The translations under genes were made by a program, and so were the position numbers. DNA of 64,000 nt, from positions 186,001-250,000 of IMG/VR virus record IMGVR_UViG_3300005826_000294; one strand, given 5' to 3'. Position 1 is the first letter of the stretch. Each line of letters begins with the position of its first letter. This document shows positions 1 through 9,297 of the stretch, in pieces. The notes beneath the pieces were generated by a model, which made no database searches, had not been told where the DNA came from, and saw only the letters and a program-made list of their open reading frames with translations.

Positions 1-590
1 TTTTTTGGATTAAAAGCCGCTTTAATATGATATACATTATTAAAATCAAAAGCGGATAAAGGAAAAATATGATCTATATTATAATTCTCAATATCCTTAG
101 GAAAAGGTTTTAAATATTCAATAATAGCATAATAATCTATTCCATACTCATCCGATTTTGTTTTTCCATTAGAATATGTTTTAAAAGCATAATATAACCT
201 TTGTCTTAGTTTTAATATAATAGAAAATATAGGATCATCTTTCCTTTTTTTCTTATTATAACAATTCCTACACATCTTTTTAGAACATATATTTCTATAT
301 TTGCCACAAATATAACAATATCCTTTATTATTATAACAATTTTTACATATCTGGGTTTTTCTTATATGTATCTCTTTTTCATTACCACAAATAGAACATA
401 TCTTTTTCTTATATGTATATGTTCTTTTATAACAAACATCACATAATTTACTTGTATGAAGTTCCTTTATTTTTCCACATTCTATACATTCTTTTTTTTT
501 TCTCTTATATTGTTTATTATAACATTTTTTACATAACATAGGGGATTTTTTTACAATCTTTTGGCCCCCGCAAACGGAACATTTTTTCAT
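1..590 (-). CDS. HNH-type endonuclease with N-terminal CxxC repeats (3' end runs off the window; missing from ORF track)
   Basis: ATG at 590 after AAAGGTG; hand translation MKKCSVCGGQ...CKKCY...CIECG...CDVCY... open to base 1, ending NIDHIFPLSAFDFNN..IKAAFNPK, matching IDHIKPISKFDFND..IKLAFAPEN of 20274..20918. Confidence 0.8.
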   Translation of the reverse strand, partial: MKKCSVCGGQKIVKKSPMLCKKCYNKQYKRKKKECIECGKIKELHTSKLCDVCYKRTYTYKKKICSICGNEKEIHIRKTQICKNCYNNKGYCYICGKYRNICSKKMCRNCYNKKKRKDDPIFSIILKLRQRLYYAFKTYSNGKTKSDEYGIDYYAIIEYLKPFPKDIENYNIDHIFPLSAFDFNNVYHIKAAFNPK

Positions 591-658
591 GAAAGCACCT
601 TTCAGGTTAGAGTCGTCGCGACGAAAATTGTCGACAAAAAAATGAATAAAAATTCTAA

Positions 659-1591
659 CTATTCAAAATTATTCAAATTTTTTATTATTGTGTCTCTAAT
701 GTTCGTATCTCTATAAGATATTATAATATAATTGAACTTATTATCATTATAATACTTTATTTTTTCATTATTATCATATGGGTATTTTCTGCTATTTTTC
801 ATTCCATCTACTTCAATCCAAATCCCATCTGTATAAAAATCACAAGTCCAAGACCTATTATTACAAACTCGCTTTTCATATTCGTAATTTTTTATTAATC
901 CTTTATTCTTTAAATCAAATAAAATATCTCCCGTTTTCTTTTCTATGGAAGATAAATATTTATTGCCATCATTACCCTTATGAATATGTCTTCCATAGAA
1001 AATATCTTTGGTTTTATAATTTTTATCAATTTTCTTCATAATATCTTCCCATAAAATATTATCAAATTTCTTTTTTATAGTATTACAACTATAAGGAAAC
1101 TTACCATTTTCTTTTGCCTTCCTTATACTCCAATACTCTAAACATCTAATATTATTATTTTCTCTATACCATTTTTTTAGAGCATTTATAATATCCTGTT
1201 TATCTATATTTTTGGCATTTATGACAGGAATTTCAGCCTCTAACAGTAGTTTAGTCCAAGACCCAAATATTTTTTTAATTGTTAAAGAAGTATATCTAAT
1301 ATTAGAATATGTAAAATATTCTTCCTGAGATGGAGTTTTACCTATTTTATTATATACATTTATTAAATCATCAATAATATTTTTTTTAGATTTATTTCTC
1401 ACCTGATTTGGCTTCATACCAGATGATAAAAGAGCAATCTCTAATGATCCAAATGCTCTTTTATAAGCATTAATACTATACTTACTACCATTCTTTAAAC
1501 TTAAATCTTCTTTCTTTGGTGTCCTTCCTAAACTATATTTTAAACTAATTAAATTATTAATTAAATCATCATCACTTATTTTATTAGACAC
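659..1591 (-). CDS. Free-standing putative homing endonuclease: homing-endonuclease-associated repeats plus C-terminal PD-(D/E)xK-like domain
   Basis: Repeats LGRTP...Y..AFGS..AL and IGKTPS...FGSW.K.L; C-terminal CDFY..GIWIEVDG; GTG start with GGAG RBS. Confidence 0.65.
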   Translation of the reverse strand: MSNKISDDDLINNLISLKYSLGRTPKKEDLSLKNGSKYSINAYKRAFGSLEIALLSSGMKPNQVRNKSKKNIIDDLINVYNKIGKTPSQEEYFTYSNIRYTSLTIKKIFGSWTKLLLEAEIPVINAKNIDKQDIINALKKWYRENNNIRCLEYWSIRKAKENGKFPYSCNTIKKKFDNILWEDIMKKIDKNYKTKDIFYGRHIHKGNDGNKYLSSIEKKTGDILFDLKNKGLIKNYEYEKRVCNNRSWTCDFYTDGIWIEVDGMKNSRKYPYDNNEKIKYYNDNKFNYIIISYRDTNIRDTIIKNLNNFE

Positions 1592-1604
1592 TTTTTCTCC
1601 AAAT

Positions 1605-1633
1605 AAAAAAGACCCGATTTCTCGGGTCTTTTT
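1605..1633 (-). terminator. Rho-independent terminator after the major capsid gene
   Basis: GACCCGA-GAAA-TCGGGTC stem-loop followed by T6 on minus strand. Confidence 0.85.
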
Positions 1634-1655
1634 AAATATTACTTATTTGGTTTTA

Positions 1656-2189
1656 TTAGCCTACGGCTACAGACTTACGACCAACAGCAACACCTCTTGG
1701 GTTAACAACACCAATTCCTATGATTTCCGATACAACCCATCCAAGCTTTAACTGTTTAGGTTCATCGGCTGGTAGTACCTCGATGTCCTGACGGACAGGC
1801 ATTACACCTACGAACTCTGGATCGGCAGCACCAAAAATAGTTCCAGGTGGAACAATCTTGGAAACGATGATATCCGCACCCCAGATATGAGCATATAGCC
1901 CGGTCTGAAGAACTTCTCTCATTGTTACTGGATCTACCTCACCACCAGTAGCGCCCTGACCACCACCAGTAGCCCAATTTAGAATATCATTAAACTCAAT
2001 AATATTCATGAGGAACTTTGTAGTTACAAGGTCCCAACGATCAATCTGAACCTTGATCTCGGAGAGATCGCGTTTCAGAAGACCAGCATCGGCAACATCC
2101 TGAGCAGTGTTTTCACCACCGAAGGTTGCGTCAGCAGAAAAGTCAAGAGCTGCGAAAATATTAGCATCTTCCTGTGCCTGAATCTCTTG
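1656..2189 (-). CDS. Major capsid protein exon 4 (177 aa + stop)
   Basis: Begins CAA GAG ATT directly after intron-terminal G at 2190. Confidence 0.85.
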   Translation of the reverse strand, partial: QEIQAQEDANIFAALDFSADATFGGENTAQDVADAGLLKRDLSEIKVQIDRWDLVTTKFLMNIIEFNDILNWATGGGQGATGGEVDPVTMREVLQTGLYAHIWGADIIVSKIVPPGTIFGAADPEFVGVMPVRQDIEVLPADEPKQLKLGWVVSEIIGIGVVNPRGVAVGRKSVAVG

Positions 2190-5100
2190 CAAATTGTTAA
2201 TAATTCTAAAGAATTATCCTAATTTCTTAGGTCTACATCTCTCAATGTAGTTCAGACTATATCATCATCCTTTTTCAAGGAGCTTGGCGTTTAGTCGTTG
2301 AGGAGCGAAAGTTTATAACCCATTGAAGGTATAATATAAGGTTTAATTAATTTAGAAAGTTTTATACTATTTTCTTTATTAAAAGTTAAGTAATAGTATT
2401 TCTTTTCCCTATTATTATATTTATAAACATTACAAATTATGTCAAATTTATCAAATATTTTAGTTAAAACTTCATTTTCTTCTTTTGTAAAACTTTCTGT
2501 ACAAAGTTTCATATTATATTTTCTTGTATTACCATCATCCATAAACCATATAGCAATTGAATAAGGTGTTATAAGATTAATTAGTTCTTCTTTGATTATT
2601 TTTTTGTCTTTATAAAATAAATTGTGGAAAAACTCAAAATCTTTATGTCCAATGGTAGTAATACTATATAATGTTGAATTTCTTGTTTTTTGTATTGTTT
2701 TATGAATATCTGTTGTGATAAAATTAGATAATAAATCTTTTTTATATTTAAGATAATCTAATTGTTTTTCACCATGACATACAGCAAATCTTTTTAACTT
2801 TCCTTTGCTAATATGCCCATCACCTAATAAAGATCCTATAACAAATTCTTTTTGTTTTTGTGTTAATGGAACTTGTCGCAAATGATAATATTTTCTTTCA
2901 ACACTGCGAATAGGTTTAATTTTATATTCCTTGAACCATCGGTTTATTGTTCTTTCTCCAACATTATATTGTTTTCCTAATAACTTTATACTTTTTATAG
3001 TTGTTATATATAAATCTAACAACTCTTCTTTTGATGGTTTTGACATAATTTCCTTTCCTGCTGATTGTCTGTTTCATTTTAACAATTTTAACTTTATTAT
3101 CTTTCTAAATTAGCTTCTGTGCTTAATTTATTTAATTAACAAAGTATGTTAAACCTTCAGATGTTCCAGCATACAGCCAAGTTTAAAGCCCGCCGTAGAG
3201 ATTAACGGGCTTTTTGCTGAGCTCTGTCGATAACATTAAACCGACGTCTTCTTACCTCAGCAATTCTTACAGTTGGGTTTGAAACAACTTCAAACTCAGG
3301 AACGGTGACTCTGTCACCGAAGACACGCGATTCAGGAGCAGAACCATTGCTGGAAACAACAACGGCCGCTACATCAATATCACGATCATAGACTGGGAGA
3401 GCACCTTGTGGTACAATATGTTACTCGTCAAAGACGGACCAAATATTTCTATTTGGTTCTTTATGTTTCCATAAAGTTCAGACTATATCATCACCTTATA
3501 AAGGGCTTAGCATTTAGTCGTTGAGGAACGGCAATTTATATTTCATTGAATCAATAATATATTCACTTATCAACTCACATAATTTAATGGAATTATTTTT
3601 ATTAAACGATAAGTAATAGTATTTTTTACCGCGTTTATTATATTCACAAACTTTACATCGTATTTTAAAATTTGTAAAAATTATATATTGAAGAATTTCA
3701 TTTTCTTTTTTAGTAAATCCCTCTGTACATATTTTCATACAATATGGTTTTGCACTTCCATCATCCATATACCATACTGCCAAAGCAAAGGGAGTAATAT
3801 AATGTATTAAATCATTTCTTATGATTTTTTTTCCATTATCATAAAACAATTTATAAAAAAAATTAAAATCTTGGTGTCCTATAGAAGAACAATGTATTAT
3901 AGTAGAGTTTCGAGAAGATTGTATTTGCTTATAAATATTATTTGATAAATTTCCAATAATATCTTTTTTCCAGAGCAGATAATCAAGTTGTTTAATACTA
4001 TGACCCATTCTTAATCTTTTAAACTTTCCTGATTTTGTTAATGAGCCATCACCGAGTAAAGTTCCTACAATGAACTCTCTTTGTTTTTTTGTTAAGGGAA
4101 TTTTTCTTAGAATATAATATTTTCTTTCTACGTTTGATATTTTTGAAATATTATATTCTTCTAACCAATTATTAACAACTTTTTTCCCTACTCCATAAAA
4201 ACTTCCTATTTGATTAATTGTTAATAATTCTTCGGTATATAGTTTTAAAAGTTCTTTTTTTTCAGGAATATATTTTTTTATATTTCCATCTTTTAAAATC
4301 TTACTAACTTTTTTTCTACTAATCCCAAGAATATTACCAATTTCTCGCATTGTTTTTCTTTCACTACAATACATAATTTTTATTTTTTCAAATAATTCCA
4401 TTTTTGCCTTTCCTGCTGATTGTCTGTTTCATTTTAACAATTTTAACTTTATTATCTTTCTAAATTAGCTTCTGTGCTTAATTTATTTAATTAACAAAGT
4501 ATGTTAAACCTTCAGAGTTTCCAGCATATAGCTAAGTTTTCATTTCTAAATCACTTTAGAAAGCCGCTACTCTTAACGGATCTACAACAAGAACTCTTCT
4601 TCCTACACCCTGATAATCAAGGTTTCTTCGAATTGGGTTTGCCCATTTATGTTACAGTTTTCTAATGAAAACGGCTAAAACATTTCTGTTTAGCTCCACA
4701 TTTTTCAACATGGATCGGACTATATCATCATCCAAAAAGGATGTTTGGCATATAGTCTCTGAGGATTTTGAGGTTATTCTTTTAAATTCAATTTGTATTT
4801 CATTGAATCAATAACATAATCATCTATTATATTCTTTAAAAGCCAAGAATTTCTTTTATTAAAGTTTATATAATAATATTTTTTATCATTCCTATTATAT
4901 GCTCCTATTTTAACATTTATATTAAAACAAATTTTTAAAGCATCTTTTAAAATGATATGATCTTTATAAGTAAAGTTTAAACTACATATTCTTAATCCAT
5001 AACCTTTTTCTTCACATGATTTACGATTTAAACTTCCATCATCCATAAACCATATAGCCATAGTAATTGGATTTAAAAAAAGAGCGATATTTTTAGGAAT

Positions 5101-6111
5101 AATTTTTACATTATTATCATAAAACATATCTGCATAAAATTTAAACTCTGAATGTGCTATCGATGTAGCTTTTAATTGATTATGGGTTTTTCCTAGAATA
5201 TTTGTTTCAGTTTCATAATATTTTGTAATAAAAGGTTTTAAGTTATTAAATTTCCATAAAAAATATTCTTTTTGTTTTTTTGAATGACTTAGATAGTATT
5301 TATACATATTATTTGTGTTTTTTCTTTGTTTATATATACATCCATCTCCAAGTAGAGTTCCAATTATTATGTTTTTATGATTTTCCGAAAAAGGTATTTT
5401 CCTAACTTTATCGAATTTTTTACTTGAATAGTTGCTTTTACGACCATATCTTTTTAAGATTTTACTTATTGTGTGTCTATCTACTCCAAAAATTTCTGCT
5501 ATTTTATAAACTTTTTCTCCATTATCACATAGTTTAATAATTTCATTAATTTGATGTTCAGAGAATTTTGTAAAAATAGATGTTTTAAATTTACCATAAT
5601 TTGATATACAAAATATTACTTCATCATAAGTTATGTTAAATTTTTCAGCAACTTGATGTGGAGTAAGACCTTTTGTAAAAGCATCCACTACTATTTTTTT
5701 ATCAACTTTCATAATAACCTCAATCTTTCCTGCTGATTGTCCGCGTTTTAAGCATTTTTACTTAAATTGTTTAGATGAACAGACGCTGTGTCTTGCCCGT
5801 ATGATATTTAAGTAGCTTAAACTTTCGGATGTCCCAGCATATAGCCAAATTATTCGATTGGGATTTCTCCCAAAAGCCACCGCTTAGTTAATGGCCTGAC
5901 CCAGGGCAATCTTACCTTCTTGCGTCATCATAGCTCGCTTAATGAGCTCATCTCTCTGCTGATCAGTATAACTGGGGCGCTGAGCTAAACCAGTATTAGC
6001 TGGCTGAAGCTCTTCTAGCACGCTAGCATACTTCACAATCTGTGAAAGAGCATCGCGGACATTACTACCATTAAGCTGTCCTTGCTGCCCATGAGTACTA
6101 AATAAAGACAT
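1656..6111 (-). CDS. Major capsid protein, spliced: join(6111..5891, 4643..4576, 3413..3205, 2189..1656) = 1032 nt, 343 aa
   Basis: Removing three introns at U|...G| boundaries gives one open frame: ...GKIALGQAM-ANPIRRNLDYQGVGRRVLVVDPL-PQGALPVYDRDID...AQQKAR-QEIQAQED...; exons visibly GC-richer; strong AAGGAGG RBS; follows protease/scaffold and decoration genes and is followed by a terminator. Confidence 0.85.
2190..3204 (-). mobile_element. Group I intron 3 of MCP (1015 nt)
   Basis: Exon ends AAAGCCCGU, P1 pairs with GCGGGCUUU (U-G at splice site); ATGCTGGAA, CAATCAGCAGG, TCAACGACTA and GATATAGTC core motifs; P3 CTTGGC/GCCAAG; terminal G. Confidence 0.92.
2291..3046 (-). CDS. Intron-encoded double-motif LAGLIDADG homing endonuclease
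   Basis: FVIGSLLGDG and IAIWFMDDG motifs; N-terminal HTH-like segment. Confidence 0.9.
   Translation of the reverse strand: MSKPSKEELLDLYITTIKSIKLLGKQYNVGERTINRWFKEYKIKPIRSVERKYYHLRQVPLTQKQKEFVIGSLLGDGHISKGKLKRFAVCHGEKQLDYLKYKKDLLSNFITTDIHKTIQKTRNSTLYSITTIGHKDFEFFHNLFYKDKKIIKEELINLITPYSIAIWFMDDGNTRKYNMKLCTESFTKEENEVLTKIFDKFDIICNVYKYNNREKKYYYLTFNKENSIKLSKLIKPYIIPSMGYKLSLLND
3205..3413 (-). CDS. Major capsid protein exon 3 (209 nt)
   Basis: (T)TA CCA CAA GGT ... GCC CGT in frame with exons 2 and 4. Confidence 0.85.
3414..4575 (-). mobile_element. Group I intron 2 of MCP (1162 nt)
   Basis: Exon ends CCGU, P1 pairs with GCGG; ATGCTGGAA, CAATCAGCAGG, TCAACGACTA, GATATAGTC motifs; terminal G at 3414. 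Confidence 0.92.
3514..4401 (-). CDS. Intron-encoded double-motif LAGLIDADG homing endonuclease
   Basis: FIVGTLLGDG and LAVWYMDDG; two N-terminal HTH-like segments. Confidence 0.9.
   Translation of the reverse strand: MELFEKIKIMYCSERKTMREIGNILGISRKKVSKILKDGNIKKYIPEKKELLKLYTEELLTINQIGSFYGVGKKVVNNWLEEYNISKISNVERKYYILRKIPLTKKQREFIVGTLLGDGSLTKSGKFKRLRMGHSIKQLDYLLWKKDIIGNLSNNIYKQIQSSRNSTIIHCSSIGHQDFNFFYKLFYDNGKKIIRNDLIHYITPFALAVWYMDDGSAKPYCMKICTEGFTKKENEILQYIIFTNFKIRCKVCEYNKRGKKYYYLSFNKNNSIKLCELISEYIIDSMKYKLPFLND
4576..4643 (-). CDS. Major capsid protein exon 2 (68 nt)
   Basis: G + 22 codons (ANPIRRNLDYQGVGRRVLVVDP) + T. Confidence 0.85.
4644..5890 (-). mobile_element. Group I intron 1 of MCP (1247 nt)
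   Basis: Exon ends GGCCAU, P1 pairs with GUGGCU; ATGCTGGGA, CAATCAGCAGG, TCAGAGACTA, GATATAGTCC motifs; terminal G at 4644. Confidence 0.92.
4774..5712 (-). CDS. Intron-encoded double-motif LAGLIDADG homing endonuclease
   Basis: IIIGTLLGDG and MAIWFMDDG; HTH-like N-terminus. Confidence 0.9.
   Translation of the reverse strand: MKVDKKIVVDAFTKGLTPHQVAEKFNITYDEVIFCISNYGKFKTSIFTKFSEHQINEIIKLCDNGEKVYKIAEIFGVDRHTISKILKRYGRKSNYSSKKFDKVRKIPFSENHKNIIIGTLLGDGCIYKQRKNTNNMYKYYLSHSKKQKEYFLWKFNNLKPFITKYYETETNILGKTHNQLKATSIAHSEFKFYADMFYDNNVKIIPKNIALFLNPITMAIWFMDDGSLNRKSCEEKGYGLRICSLNFTYKDHIILKDALKICFNINVKIGAYNRNDKKYYYINFNKRNSWLLKNIIDDYVIDSMKYKLNLKE
5891..6111 (-). CDS. Major capsid protein exon 1 (221 nt)
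   Basis: ATG with AAGGAGG RBS; ends GCC AT| so that the codon is completed to ATG by exon 2. Confidence 0.85.
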
Positions 6112-6143
6112 TTTATCTTTGTCCTCCTTGTTAATTTACTTCC

Positions 6144-6174
6144 AAAAAAGTCCCTCCCCAAAATGGAGAGGGAC
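6144..6174 (-). terminator. Terminator-like hairpin between decoration gene and MCP
   Basis: GTCCCTCTCCA-TTT-TGGGGAGGGAC followed by T6. Confidence 0.7.
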
Positions 6175-6191
6175 GAAAAACATAACTTTAA

Positions 6192-6860
6192 TTAACCTTC
6201 TACATTATACGAAAAAACTGCTCTCACTGCCGCCTCAGTTGCACCAACTAGCGAAGGTGGTGTAGTAACCAAGAATGGCGAAGTCTCGAACTCAAGAAAA
6301 CGGCCAACAAGCTCGGTGGTACTGCCACTTGCAGAACGAGCAGATGTTGGAGTTAATAGGCCAGCAGCAGTAGCATATAGAGCTGCACCTGGATCACAAC
6401 TAGCATTAGCCATTACAAGACCTAGAGTTGCATGAGTATCTACAGCGTCCATAGAAACAGCATAAAGACCTGGCTTATCCCAACAAGTCATCTTCCCACT
6501 TGCGGCTGCGGTGTGAGGACCAAGATTGGTCCCAGTTGTTGAAAGGCCAACAGGGGTCCCAATTACCTGACCAAATAGAGTTCCATATCCAGTTGTACCA
6601 TCATCAAGTAACCATAGTGGGCGAAGACCAGTTGAAATAGTAGTAGTTACAACAGTACGCTTCACATCAGTAAGATTGGTATAACCATCAAGAACATCAA
6701 AAGCTGCCTTTTCAGTTGTACTGTTTGTACGTGCCGCAGCAGTAACAGTACCAATTTCTCCACCCTTAACGGATGAAAGTTCAGTATCCAGCATATCAAA
6801 CTGTCCTAGGGGCTGGACTCCTGACTGATAAATATAAAGAGCCATTTTAATTTCCTCCAT
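6192..6860 (-). CDS. Putative capsid decoration/cement protein (likely start 6845, MALYIY)
   Basis: Immediately upstream of MCP, small, G/T/A-rich; GGAGG RBS before ATG 6845; paralog of 13957..14649. Confidence 0.55.
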   Translation of the reverse strand: MEEIKMALYIYQSGVQPLGQFDMLDTELSSVKGGEIGTVTAAARTNSTTEKAAFDVLDGYTNLTDVKRTVVTTTISTGLRPLWLLDDGTTGYGTLFGQVIGTPVGLSTTGTNLGPHTAAASGKMTCWDKPGLYAVSMDAVDTHATLGLVMANASCDPGAALYATAAGLLTPTSARSASGSTTELVGRFLEFETSPFLVTTPPSLVGATEAAVRAVFSYNVEG

Positions 6861-6961
6861 GAAATATTGTCTTTGATCTTATCCTCTTATGAGGGTTTTC
6901 AAATCTATATTTTATTATTAGTAGATTATATCATAAATTTTAATTAGTTAGATAGGTTGTC

Positions 6962-8197
6962 TTAACTAGACATATTTCTTTCAATAATATCAATTACTTC
7001 TCTTAATGTTTCTGGGCTACTTGTAAGTTTTCCATCCTGAATGATGTTTGACTCTATAGGTTTTTTAATTTTTCCCATCCTATGTAATTGTTGAAGAGCC
7101 TTATTTAAATCAATTTCTAATGCTTCTAAATCTGTATAATTCTTTCCTAAAAATGTAAAAGAATTTAGTTTAGATTCTATATCTAGTCTGTTTAAAACAT
7201 TCTGTTCAATTCTTTTTGCGTTAAAAACATACTTTTTTGCTTCTTTAAATGATTCTTCCAAATCTTCAAATTTTTCATCAATTAATTTATAATCTTCAAA
7301 TCCAAAAAAATCTTTTGTTTCTCCCCACATTTTTGAGAAAAAACCAGAACGCTGTTGAATGTCTTCACGAATAGACATAATAAGAAGCTTAATACGATTA
7401 AAAACAGGATCTAATTCTGAAATTGTTTGAGCATATTTGTCTGAACCTTCCTTGGTACTTAAGTCCATTTGATTTAATTTCGGTAAAAACGAAGCAATTA
7501 ATTTTGCTGCAGCATTTGCAGATTTAGAACGATTACTTTTATCTATTAATGCTTCATATAAATCTACCATATCTGTTTTTAAATTTTCTTGTTTGCTTGT
7601 AAGGTTTTTCCCAAACATTTTAACTCCAGCAAAACCTCCAGATAATAATATAAGATTTTTCCCAAACATTTTAGCTCCAGATAATAATAAAGGAAGTAAA
7701 AACCAACCAGATTGTTTGTGTAGATGGCCCTTAGAAAAAGGGTAAGATATTTTCTTAATTGCTTCATCAACTCTACTTGCTTCTTTTATTTTTCCTTCAT
7801 CTTCTAAAGAATTAGCAAGTTTAACAAGTTCTGATATGATATTCGCATGAACACCAATAAGAGTACCATGTGGCATTTTAGTAGCAATTTCAATATCTTT
7901 TTCTTGTTGTTCTTTAATATTTTCTACCAAACTTCCATTGCCCATACTATGTACGGGAGTACTTTCTTTGGCCATCCACGCCTGCTCTGGGTGAGCTTTT
8001 TCTACAATATCTTTTGGTTCAGTTTTTAATCCATATTCTTCTGTGGGTTCATTACGAGTATATCCCTTTACGGGAGTTTCTTTTGTAGGATTGCCCACGC
8101 CTTCTTCATGTTTTAAATCAGAGTTTATAAGGCCCGACTTTTCTGCAACTTTAAGAAACTCTGACATAACTTCACTGCCATTCCATTCTCTACTCAT
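6962..8197 (-). CDS. Putative virion protein with helical-hairpin tag and a hydrophobic segment
   Basis: LVKLANSLEDEGKIKEASRVD; GWFLLPLLLSG; shares HPE..MPH-type motifs with the next large gene. Confidence 0.6.
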   Translation of the reverse strand: MSREWNGSEVMSEFLKVAEKSGLINSDLKHEEGVGNPTKETPVKGYTRNEPTEEYGLKTEPKDIVEKAHPEQAWMAKESTPVHSMGNGSLVENIKEQQEKDIEIATKMPHGTLIGVHANIISELVKLANSLEDEGKIKEASRVDEAIKKISYPFSKGHLHKQSGWFLLPLLLSGAKMFGKNLILLSGGFAGVKMFGKNLTSKQENLKTDMVDLYEALIDKSNRSKSANAAAKLIASFLPKLNQMDLSTKEGSDKYAQTISELDPVFNRIKLLIMSIREDIQQRSGFFSKMWGETKDFFGFEDYKLIDEKFEDLEESFKEAKKYVFNAKRIEQNVLNRLDIESKLNSFTFLGKNYTDLEALEIDLNKALQQLHRMGKIKKPIESNIIQDGKLTSSPETLREVIDIIERNMSS

Positions 8198-9297
8198 ATG
8201 CGTGCCTCTCCTTGTAAAAGTTTTCTTAATCTTTCTTCATCATTTGGTTTAACATTTGATTTAATATTTGGTTTCGGCATCTTTGATAAAGGTTTTTTAG
8301 GTTCAATTTTATCAATTTTAATTCCATCAACCTTTACACTTTTTAATAGAAATTTAGCTACTTGCTGAACATTTGGAGCAACAAATGACTCAAGATTATT
8401 TACAACTTCAATTGGTGCCCAGTTTAATTTTGCTATATATTTTTCTAATAATGACCAACCTGGAGCATTCTCTAAGGAAATAGGAAGTTTATCTGGATTT
8501 GCTAACCGTTGAGATCGCATAAACCCAACAGAAAAATTGGCAATTGTAGCATTTAAAAATGATATTAATGTATCTTTTACATTTTTATTAACATTATTGT
8601 AATGCTTCATATTCGGACCAATTGTAGGTTTAACAGGTTTATCTTCTTTATGCTCTGTACGATGTGTTTTCCATCCCATAAATCCTGCAACTCCAGCTCC
8701 AATCCCTAATGCTCCCATACCTTTAAGAAATATCCATATTAATTTCATAAGTAATCCAGATATTATTGTTCCTTTAGTAGAACTTTTCCAAAAACTCATA
8801 AATTTTGATATATTAGGCTTAGCAATCTTTATAATAGAATTCCCATATAAAGATACATAAAATGCTGAACGAATATCATTATCATTAAGATTTCCCTTTA
8901 TTTTCTTAATATCCGTAATTGTAGAAGAAAATACAGATTTAGTCCAAAATGATAGTTTTGATGGTAAATCCTGAAATGTTTTTAATATTGTATCAGTAAC
9001 AGATTGGGCTGCTCCCTCAGAATTAGATTGAGATAAATTCATTTCATCAATACTTGTAGATCCATTTCTTTTAAAATAATCATCAATAAGTTTACCGATA
9101 TATCCCGGACCAAATCCCATAAGTTCTGAGGCAGTAACCAACATACCTATAATCCAACCAAATTTAAAAGCATAACCAGTTCCTAATGTACTAAAAATAG
9201 TTTCAAATGGTCTATTTTTAAAATCAAATTGATCTTTGACTTGTTCTAATATTGAAGAAACATTAGCTTGTTTTATAATAAGGTCATCATATTTCAT
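8194..9297 (-). CDS. Putative virion/ejection protein with hydrophobic Gly-rich segments
   Basis: FGWIIGMLV and LIWIFLKGMGALGIGAGVAGFMG segments; 4-nt overlaps with neighbours. Confidence 0.5.
   Translation of the reverse strand: MKYDDLIIKQANVSSILEQVKDQFDFKNRPFETIFSTLGTGYAFKFGWIIGMLVTASELMGFGPGYIGKLIDDYFKRNGSTSIDEMNLSQSNSEGAAQSVTDTILKTFQDLPSKLSFWTKSVFSSTITDIKKIKGNLNDNDIRSAFYVSLYGNSIIKIAKPNISKFMSFWKSSTKGTIISGLLMKLIWIFLKGMGALGIGAGVAGFMGWKTHRTEHKEDKPVKPTIGPNMKHYNNVNKNVKDTLISFLNATIANFSVGFMRSQRLANPDKLPISLENAPGWSLLEKYIAKLNWAPIEVVNNLESFVAPNVQQVAKFLLKSVKVDGIKIDKIEPKKPLSKMPKPNIKSNVKPNDEERLRKLLQGEARI

Noticed and set aside
1656-2192. 178-aa stand-alone ORF with TTG start, and 75-aa ORF at 5884..6111
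   Set aside because: They are exon 4 and exon 1 of the spliced capsid gene; the TTG is the intron's terminal TTG.
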